DNA of 64,000 nt from Candidatus Poseidoniaceae archaeon (GTDB taxonomy: Archaea > Thermoplasmatota > Poseidoniia > Poseidoniales > Poseidoniaceae): contig CALKGM010000003.1 in NCBI GenBank assembly GCA_938084675.1, forward strand, positions 171 to 64,170, in the 5' to 3' direction. Both the position numbers and the translations under genes were made by a program. Shown here one piece after another: positions 1 through 6,545 of the stretch (position 1 is its first letter; the number at the start of each line of letters is the position of its first letter). The notes beneath the pieces are model-generated. The model searched no databases. It saw nothing but the letters and a program-made list of their open reading frames with translations, and had not been told where the DNA came from.

Positions 1-1
1 A

Positions 2-511
2 GAACTTGATGTCGACGCTAACGTTCGTGCTGAAACTCGTAAGCCAGTTGAGAATGTATTCTGGGAAGAGGGAAGTGCTCCTGCAGGAAAGTATCAGGTC
101 TATGTTCACTACTACAAGAAGCACAACAAGCGACGTAGCAAAGACCCAACAAAATTCCAACTCATCGTCAATGCTGGAAACGACCTGTTAGAATTCAGCG
201 GTGAACTCTCTACTGGTGACCCAATTATGCTGGTAACTGAATTTGATGTTCCAACTGCTGAAGAGCGAGAAGAACGTCGTCGAGAACTTGAGAGGCAAAT
301 ACAAGAAGCGAAAGGTGGTGTCTCATCTCAATCGGCTGCTCATGAAGAAGAAAAGAGGGCCGAAGAAGTCGAAGAAGAGGTAGCGGAAGAAGTCGAGGAA
401 AAGATTTCGGCGGCAAGTGAGGACGAATCAAACGACGAGACAACGTCCAATCAATTGCCTGGTGCTCCTGACCTTGATTCACTCATGGGTAACAATGATT
501 CTGAGGATTGA
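2..511 (+). CDS. C-terminal part of a hypothetical protein entering from upstream, with a Glu/Arg-rich acidic tail
   Basis: Frame 2 is open from the window edge to TGA 509-511 (ELDVDANVRAETRKPVENVFWEEGSAPAGKYQVYVHYYKKH...). The listed ORF 227..511 is only its internal-Met tail. No family recognised. Confidence 0.55.
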   Translation, partial: ELDVDANVRAETRKPVENVFWEEGSAPAGKYQVYVHYYKKHNKRRSKDPTKFQLIVNAGNDLLEFSGELSTGDPIMLVTEFDVPTAEEREERRRELERQIQEAKGGVSSQSAAHEEEKRAEEVEEEVAEEVEEKISAASEDESNDETTSNQLPGAPDLDSLMGNNDSED

Positions 512-514
512 ACC

Positions 515-1627
515 TCAGGAAATAATGTCGTCTAGAGAATCTGAATTGATTCCATTACGGATGGAACGTGCGATGCGTCGTCCCGTAGACATGAATCGTT
601 CATTGATGTCGGAATAGGGTGAGCCGCCCACAAACGGATTTGATCCTGCCACAATTCGGGCACTGATTTCAAAGACTTTGAATTCAAGTTGGTCTGTGAC
701 AATTGTTTCAAGACAAAATGGCCCAAGCATGCCTCTTGACCCTTCTTCGAGATTGAATGATGCTGCGACTGTACCTTCCGCCATTTCAAAAGCCCGCGGC
801 AACAATGACTCTCTAATCACGACCGGTTGGTTCCCGGTCACAACAAACGATGGCTCGAGGTCCATTTCCCTCAAGTCTCGCAAGCTTCCGAGTTTGTAAA
901 ATTCGTCAACGTTGCTCTCGTCTCTTCGGTCCATTGAGAGCAATTCTAGTCGGCCTAGGTTCTTGCCCGCATGTTGGCCACGGCCTTGTACTTGGTAGCC
1001 ATCTGTTGCCGTAGGGTCGAAGAAGAAATGGAGGTAATACCTGCATCCTAATACATACTCTTGGATGGTGAATTCTTCTTCAATGTCGACATTCCTTCTG
1101 AAATCTCTGTAGTCTCGGGCAATAAAATACCCACGGCCACCTTTAGCACCTGCATACTTGACGATGACAGGTCCAGCGATATTGTGTGGGTCTTCGATAA
1201 CCATGGGCATTGTGCATCCGCCTTGTTCAAGCCATTCACGTTGTAGAGCCCTGCTGCTTTCCCAGTGCAGGATGTTTCGGTTTCCAAAGGTTGGGACTTC
1301 GAGGTTTCTAAAATTCGTAGCCCCGAGGTATTCTACAAGAGAACCATGCGGGATAATAATGACATTCTTTGAGCGGAACCATTCCGCATGGTCTAGCATT
1401 TCCCGGTAATCGTCCAGCATGAGCCACTCGTCTGGTTCAGCCCCAGGGAAGGCTTTGTAAAATCGGCGACGGTTTTCTCCAACCGCTATTCCAAGGGTTC
1501 GGAAGCCTTCTTGTCGGGCTCCGTGTAAGATTTGAAGGGATGAGTGGGAAGCAACCACACCAATGGTGATTTGGCTTGAATCATAGCCGGAGAGCCAACT
1601 TCGGACAGTCTCGTAATCTACGCCCAT
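515..1627 (-). CDS. purP: 5-formaminoimidazole-4-carboxamide ribonucleotide (FAICAR) synthetase, archaeal PurP
   Basis: 370 aa with an ATG start. The N-terminus IGVVASHSSLQILHGARQEGFRT and the ATP-grasp-like body are typical of archaeal PurP. Confidence 0.88.
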   Translation of the reverse strand: MGVDYETVRSWLSGYDSSQITIGVVASHSSLQILHGARQEGFRTLGIAVGENRRRFYKAFPGAEPDEWLMLDDYREMLDHAEWFRSKNVIIIPHGSLVEYLGATNFRNLEVPTFGNRNILHWESSRALQREWLEQGGCTMPMVIEDPHNIAGPVIVKYAGAKGGRGYFIARDYRDFRRNVDIEEEFTIQEYVLGCRYYLHFFFDPTATDGYQVQGRGQHAGKNLGRLELLSMDRRDESNVDEFYKLGSLRDLREMDLEPSFVVTGNQPVVIRESLLPRAFEMAEGTVAASFNLEEGSRGMLGPFCLETIVTDQLEFKVFEISARIVAGSNPFVGGSPYSDINERFMSTGRRIARSIRNGINSDSLDDIIS

Positions 1628-1760
1628 GCCGAGGGGTTTCGTATTCGCTCTATGAGTGTTATGCTGGTTTTTTGTCTATCTGCAAATCTTGAAGCGACAT
1701 ATGCGGCTTCCGACACCCTGCTGTGGAATCTGATGTGCATGGATGTGAAGTGAAGGGTTC

Positions 1761-2879
1761 ATGTGGTGGATTGGGCTACAACGAAGCATGGGACAAGATG
1801 CACCTGCTTTTCGCATGACTTATGGAGGATACTTACAACTCGATTCTCTTCTGGAACTCCAATCGGGCCCAAAGGGATATGCTCCTGCGCCATCAAACGA
1901 TGAACTCCATTTCATTGTCGTCCACCAGACCTTTGAGTTGTGGTTCAAACAAATTTTACGCGAATTGAAAGAAGCACGGGACCTCATGACCTCTGAACGA
2001 GTTCAGGAGTCAACAGTTCCTGTTATTGTTCATCATCTCGAAAGAGTTTCAGAAATTTTCCGATTGCTCGCCAACCAGTGGAAAGTTATGGAAACACTGA
2101 CGCCTCAAGATTTCCTCGCTTTCAGAGATCGCCTTGGTACTTCCTCTGGTTTTGAGTCATGGCAGATGAGGGAAATGGAAGTGCTCCTTGGTCTAGAAAA
2201 TGAGCAAAGAATGGGGGGTATGGATCCTCTTGCTCACATGGAAAAATTAGCGGGAGAAGGCAAGGTGTCACCCGCTGCACTTGCAGATTTTCACCAAACC
2301 CATTCTCTTCCTTCGCTGAATGACGCCTTGATGTCTTGGCTTGGAAGAACACCGATCCATGGCTCCTCTCCGGATGCGAGTGATGATGCAGATGTTGTTC
2401 TTGATTATGTGAATAAGCATCTTGAGTCCATGTCACAACATGGAGAAACCGTCATCGAGCACATGATCGCAATTGGTCATGGCGATGAAGCAACGATTCG
2501 CCCGAGGATTGAGGCAGGAGTTGACGGTGCTCGTTCGTTCCTTATTGGAGAAGAAGGCGTCCATCGCTCAAGAGCAGGCTTGTTGTTTATTGAATCCTAC
2601 CGGGATTTACCTTTGTTATCATGGCCTCGTAAACTCATTGATTGTTTCGTGGAACTTGAGGAATCCATGCTTCTCTTCAGAACTCACCACGCACGAATGG
2701 TAGAGCGAATGATTGGACGAAGAATGGGGACCGGTGGCTCAAGCGGCGTTGATTACCTTGACGCCACAACCAAATATCGCATCTTCGTTGACCTATGGGC
2801 TGTTCGGACCATGCTTGTGAAGCGAGATGCTCTTCCAAGTTTGGAGCATGCAGAATTTTACGGGTTTTCGTCATCTTGA
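1761..2879 (+). CDS. kynA: tryptophan 2,3-dioxygenase
   Basis: MTYGGYLQLDSLLELQ...NDELHFIVVHQTFELWFKQILRELKEA matches the conserved TDO N-terminal helices. The true start may be Met10 (1788) or Met19 (1815). Confidence 0.82.
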   Translation: MWWIGLQRSMGQDAPAFRMTYGGYLQLDSLLELQSGPKGYAPAPSNDELHFIVVHQTFELWFKQILRELKEARDLMTSERVQESTVPVIVHHLERVSEIFRLLANQWKVMETLTPQDFLAFRDRLGTSSGFESWQMREMEVLLGLENEQRMGGMDPLAHMEKLAGEGKVSPAALADFHQTHSLPSLNDALMSWLGRTPIHGSSPDASDDADVVLDYVNKHLESMSQHGETVIEHMIAIGHGDEATIRPRIEAGVDGARSFLIGEEGVHRSRAGLLFIESYRDLPLLSWPRKLIDCFVELEESMLLFRTHHARMVERMIGRRMGTGGSSGVDYLDATTKYRIFVDLWAVRTMLVKRDALPSLEHAEFYGFSSS

Positions 2880-2995
2880 TCTGTTCTACTTACAAATCAG
2901 TCTGACACGAAACTGAGCGTCTCTAACAATTCGTTTGAGGAAAGCCACATCACATCATTCAACTTCTTCAGAGGTCCAAAGAAGCGGACAGTGGC

Positions 2996-3247
2996 TCATT
3001 CGTGTGGGTCAATGTCAATGGGAATCAAATGATTCTCATATTCGTAAAGAGCAATCTTTAGCGGGTCAAGAACGAAACGAGCAGAGGCTTCTTCAAGTCC
3101 GTAGAGAGAAATAAGTTCGTCTTTGAATTCTTGACGAAGTACTTCTTCTGTAGCATAGAGGGGAGCGCCCATTCCGATTTGGAGGGCTCGGGCACCAATA
3201 ATTCTAGCTCGTTCAAATCGTGTGTGGAGTCGTGCGGGCTTGACCAT
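2996..3247 (-). CDS. rpoK: DNA-directed RNA polymerase subunit K (Rpb6 homologue)
   Basis: [29 protein letters not shown] is the RpoK signature. I use the ATG at 3247, because the upstream part of the 111-aa track ORF has no family support. Confidence 0.85.
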   Translation of the reverse strand: MVKPARLHTRFERARIIGARALQIGMGAPLYATEEVLRQEFKDELISLYGLEEASARFVLDPLKIALYEYENHLIPIDIDPHE

Positions 3248-3323
3248 TTTAGTACACCTGCGAGCAAAGTCGCAATTCGCCGACAGGCCAACTCTTTTTG
3301 AACCTACCTCCGAGGATGAACGT

Positions 3324-4241
3324 TCATTCATTCTCTAAAAACTGCTTCTCAGGGGGATTATTCATCAAACGCCGGTGCATAAAGAGGGCAGGGAGAAGCA
3401 GGACGAGGAGTCCACCCGCCGTTCCTGCAGCCAGCCAGGCCGGATTCCAGCGTTGGTCCTCCGAACTCTGGGCCGACTCTTGGCCATCAACTTCCATCCT
3501 ACCTGTTGGGGCCTCAGAAGATACGGTCAACGTTCGGATTCCTGGTCGCTCGAGCATCACTGCAAACGAACCGTTTTCCGCAGTCTCAAATTGTGTCAAG
3601 TTGAGGGATGATATGGATGAATTAAGTTCCCAAGATGCACGAGCAAGATGGGGATGTATTCGATTTTCTAATGAGTGCGGTGTTGGTTCAAGATACCATA
3701 TCGAAACGACATGCTCTTCGGTTGCATTCCAACTGACCGTTCTGTTTTGCACTGACATTGATTCTAGCCCTGAACTGTTGGGTGTGGAATCATTCAGCGT
3801 TGAGTTGAGGTCCATCGCTTGTCGTGTCCCAGTCAACAAATGTTCTCCATCCACAACGAGGGAGGGGTAGAACAGTAGGCGGTATTCTTGGTCAAACCTC
3901 AGTTTGGATTCAGATAAGAAGGTCAAATCTTGATTTGATGAGTGATGTTGAATGATAAACGTGTCTGTTCGGTTGAGGGTGTTAACCTGCTGAGAGACTT
4001 GCTCGCACGGTTCGCACCAGTCTGCACTAAAGTATTCTAGCAGATGGTCGGGTTGGTGAAGTTCGCAAACTGCATCGGTCAAGCAGTCTGCGGAGAATAT
4101 CCTCACGTCAAGAAGAGAACCGGGTTCGTCAACCAAGTTTTCATCTTGTAGCCCTTGGGCTGGTATCACTGGTAAAATCATCAGGGTCGCCAGCAGAAAT
4201 GGGACTGAAAACCGCCAACGCATGCATGGGGGTGGAGGCAT
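3324..4241 (-). CDS. secreted, C-terminally membrane-anchored thioredoxin-fold protein with a CxxC motif
   Basis: Signal-like N-terminus [24 protein letters not shown], motif [11 protein letters not shown] (CxxC), many N-x-S/T sequons, and a C-terminal [15 protein letters not shown] followed by basic residues. Divergent from ctaA. Confidence 0.6.
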   Translation of the reverse strand: MPPPPCMRWRFSVPFLLATLMILPVIPAQGLQDENLVDEPGSLLDVRIFSADCLTDAVCELHQPDHLLEYFSADWCEPCEQVSQQVNTLNRTDTFIIQHHSSNQDLTFLSESKLRFDQEYRLLFYPSLVVDGEHLLTGTRQAMDLNSTLNDSTPNSSGLESMSVQNRTVSWNATEEHVVSIWYLEPTPHSLENRIHPHLARASWELNSSISSLNLTQFETAENGSFAVMLERPGIRTLTVSSEAPTGRMEVDGQESAQSSEDQRWNPAWLAAGTAGGLLVLLLPALFMHRRLMNNPPEKQFLENE

Positions 4242-4274
4242 TTGTTCAAAAGGGGTCTGCTACCACGCCCAATC

Positions 4275-5351
4275 ATGGAACTGCCTTGGTGGCGTCGCCC
4301 GTCCACCCTGCCGTTGATGTTGTTCATCATGGCGCTCCTCATTATCGTGGTGGGCGGAAGCATACGCATCAACGATGCGGGCGAGTCTTGTCCCGAATGG
4401 CCAACATGCTTTGGCTCGTGGCATTTTGACATCTCCGAAGCAGAACAATCAGCCTATTGGGATGCAAATCCTGACCAAATTGACTCTCGTGGGGAAGACC
4501 ACCGCTACACAACCTTCCAGATTTTCGTGGAGTGGTTCCATCGTTTACTTGTTGGAATTATTGCAATTCCGATTATTCTCAATGTGTTCCTCGCAAAGAA
4601 GCGAGTCGCAGAATACGGCGAAGTAGTACACAAAATGTCGTGGTTTTCACTGATATTATTACTGGTTCAGGCCACTGCGGGCTACATTACCGTTCGTTTT
4701 GATAATGCAGACTGGACCGTTGCGCTCCATCTCTCACTCGCGAGCATTTTCGCTGCAGGATTACTTTGGCAGTACATGTCGATGAGGATCGCAGAAGGAG
4801 TCTCTTGGAATTTCTTGAAGTCTCCTGCCTCATACACTGAAAAGCACCTCAAGCGAATGAATACGATGGCGGGCGCAGTTGGAGTACTTCTCGTACTCGG
4901 GGCCTGGGTATCTTCTTCGGCTGGAGGAAATTACAATCAAAGTTGCTCGGTTGGTTTCCCTAACGGCTGGCCAAAATGTCAAGGGTCCTTCCTACCTTCT
5001 TTGGATGAGCCTGGTATCTTCATCCAAATGATTCACCGCACTGGAGCCGTAGTGGTTGGGCTGATTCTTGTATTGGGTGTCTCAAACCTTCGTGTTTCCG
5101 GACAAGGACTTGTTGGAGCCAATGACTTGACTCGCTTTGGTGAAATCACTGCCGGTATTTGGATGCTGAACGTCATGGTTGGCGGCTCCTACATTGTATT
5201 TGCAAAGATAGGAGATTTCCCCGAGTGGCTTTCTTTACTCCACTTGGTCGTTGGTGTTGCTGCCTTCCTTTCAGCAATGGTGGCTTCATTTGCATTCCGC
5301 TTTGCCCAATCAACGGTTGATGACAAAGAACTTGGAGTTGAACAGGAATGA
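4275..5351 (+). CDS. ctaA: heme A synthase (COX15/CtaA family)
   Basis: GGSIRINDAGESCPEWPTCFGSW, a second Cys pair SCSVGFPNGWPKCQG, and multiple TM helices with conserved His. The track ORF starts at TTG 4242; I use ATG 4275. Confidence 0.8.
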   Translation: MELPWWRRPSTLPLMLFIMALLIIVVGGSIRINDAGESCPEWPTCFGSWHFDISEAEQSAYWDANPDQIDSRGEDHRYTTFQIFVEWFHRLLVGIIAIPIILNVFLAKKRVAEYGEVVHKMSWFSLILLLVQATAGYITVRFDNADWTVALHLSLASIFAAGLLWQYMSMRIAEGVSWNFLKSPASYTEKHLKRMNTMAGAVGVLLVLGAWVSSSAGGNYNQSCSVGFPNGWPKCQGSFLPSLDEPGIFIQMIHRTGAVVVGLILVLGVSNLRVSGQGLVGANDLTRFGEITAGIWMLNVMVGGSYIVFAKIGDFPEWLSLLHLVVGVAAFLSAMVASFAFRFAQSTVDDKELGVEQE

Positions 5352-6367
5352 CGACTGGAGAGGTTGTCGGTGATGAATTCAACCCCCATCCCGGCATGCT
5401 TAAAGTAATGATTCAACTCATGAAACTTCGAGTTATTGTACTCTTACAAGTGACTGCAATTTGTGCAATATTGGTTCATGACTCTCTTGCACGTTATGAT
5501 TTAATTCAATTGGAACGAACATGGGCGGATACTGCCATAGCTTGCCTTGTCACCGTGGTTGGAGGGACATTATCGGCAGGTGGTTCAAACTCCATCAACA
5601 TGTGGTATGATGCGGATATTGACCCTCACATGCGACGAACCCAAAACCGACCGATTCCTCAAGGCCATACAACTCCACGCTTCGCTCTCATGTTTGGTAC
5701 CGCGATTGCAATACTGGGCTCAAGTGTGTTCTTCATACTGAGTTGGAAAGCCGCATTTTGGTCGTTTTTTTCCGTTGTCTTTTATGTCTTCATCTATTCC
5801 ATTTGGCTCAAACGAAGAACCCCACAAAACATTGTGATTGGAGGCATTGCAGGAGCAACTCCTCCGCTCATTGGTTGGGCGGCAGCAGCCGGAGACTCCA
5901 TCTCGAGTCTCAATCCCCTTGACTTGGGTTCGCCGATCCCGTGGATGTTGTTTTTCCTCATCTTCCTCTGGACGCCACCTCATTTTTGGGCGTTGGCGTT
6001 GTACCGATCTGGTGAATATGGAAAGGTCAATATCCCGATGATGAACGAAGTGAAAGGGGCAGAATACACCTTGACTCAATCAAAAATCTACTGCTTCTTG
6101 TTGTTGGCCATGGGAGCAGTACCTCTCTTCTGGCCCGAGTCTGGTCTGCCGTTGCTGTGGGCATTTGTTTCTGTAGGTCTTACCCTGTGGTATGGGAAAT
6201 CAGTTTGGGACATTGACCCTGCTGAGCCCTTTGACGAAAACGGGCGGATGCCAAAAGCTGCAAAGTCCTTCTTCCGCAGTCTGTTTTATCTCGGCTGGAT
6301 GTTCTTGAGTTTGGTCTTGATTTGCTTCATTCCACCCACTTGGTTGGGTTTCCTCGGGCCTTTGTGA
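5348..6367 (+). CDS. ctaB: protoheme IX farnesyltransferase (heme O synthase)
   Basis: NMWYDADIDPHMRRTQNRPIPQG and the UbiA-type TM body. Its start overlaps the ctaA stop (ATGA). Confidence 0.9.
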   Translation: MTTGEVVGDEFNPHPGMLKVMIQLMKLRVIVLLQVTAICAILVHDSLARYDLIQLERTWADTAIACLVTVVGGTLSAGGSNSINMWYDADIDPHMRRTQNRPIPQGHTTPRFALMFGTAIAILGSSVFFILSWKAAFWSFFSVVFYVFIYSIWLKRRTPQNIVIGGIAGATPPLIGWAAAAGDSISSLNPLDLGSPIPWMLFFLIFLWTPPHFWALALYRSGEYGKVNIPMMNEVKGAEYTLTQSKIYCFLLLAMGAVPLFWPESGLPLLWAFVSVGLTLWYGKSVWDIDPAEPFDENGRMPKAAKSFFRSLFYLGWMFLSLVLICFIPPTWLGFLGPL

Positions 6368-6444
6368 CAAAACCTTGTCCAATAAATTGGCAGTCGCCTC
6401 AACCGTCATGTTCATGTGAGAACCGCAGGTCGCAGGGACAGCGA

Positions 6445-6531
6445 GCGGCAGTCGCATAGCCTGGCCATTGCGCTGGATTGCTAATCCAGTGGTGTCTCAC
6501 CTCGGGAGTTCGAATCTCCCCTGCCGCGCCA
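6445..6531 (+). tRNA. tRNA-Ser (anticodon GCU), class II with a long variable arm and a genomically encoded 3' CCA
   Basis: Acceptor stem GCGGCAG/CTGCCGC. Anticodon stem CTGGA/TCCAG with loop TTGCTAA. Variable arm TGGTGTCTCACCTC (14 nt). T arm GGGAG-TTCGAAT-CTCCC. Discriminator G followed by CCA. Confidence 0.9.
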
Positions 6532-6545
6532 TTACGTGATGTCCA

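Noticed and set aside
501-519. The hairpin CTGAGG-attgaa-CCTCAG between the convergent ends of the first ORF and purP, considered as a bidirectional terminator.
   Set aside because: It has only a 6-bp stem, overlaps both stop codons, and has no flanking T tracts. That is too weak to call.
3298-3870. A 190-aa plus-strand ORF overlapping the thioredoxin-like gene. Similar shadow ORFs occur elsewhere: 10623-11072, 12152-12589, 34783-35229, 39696-40223, 42540-42962 and 63435-63854.
   Set aside because: Each is antisense to, or out of frame with, a gene that has clear family motifs or membrane/secretion architecture. None has a recognisable motif of its own.
6445-6531. The tRNA-Ser read as an integration site for a genomic island, with the large surface-protein gene next to it as cargo.
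   Set aside because: I saw no integrase, no duplicated tRNA 3' fragment and no direct repeat. Neighbouring genes on both sides are ordinary chromosomal functions.
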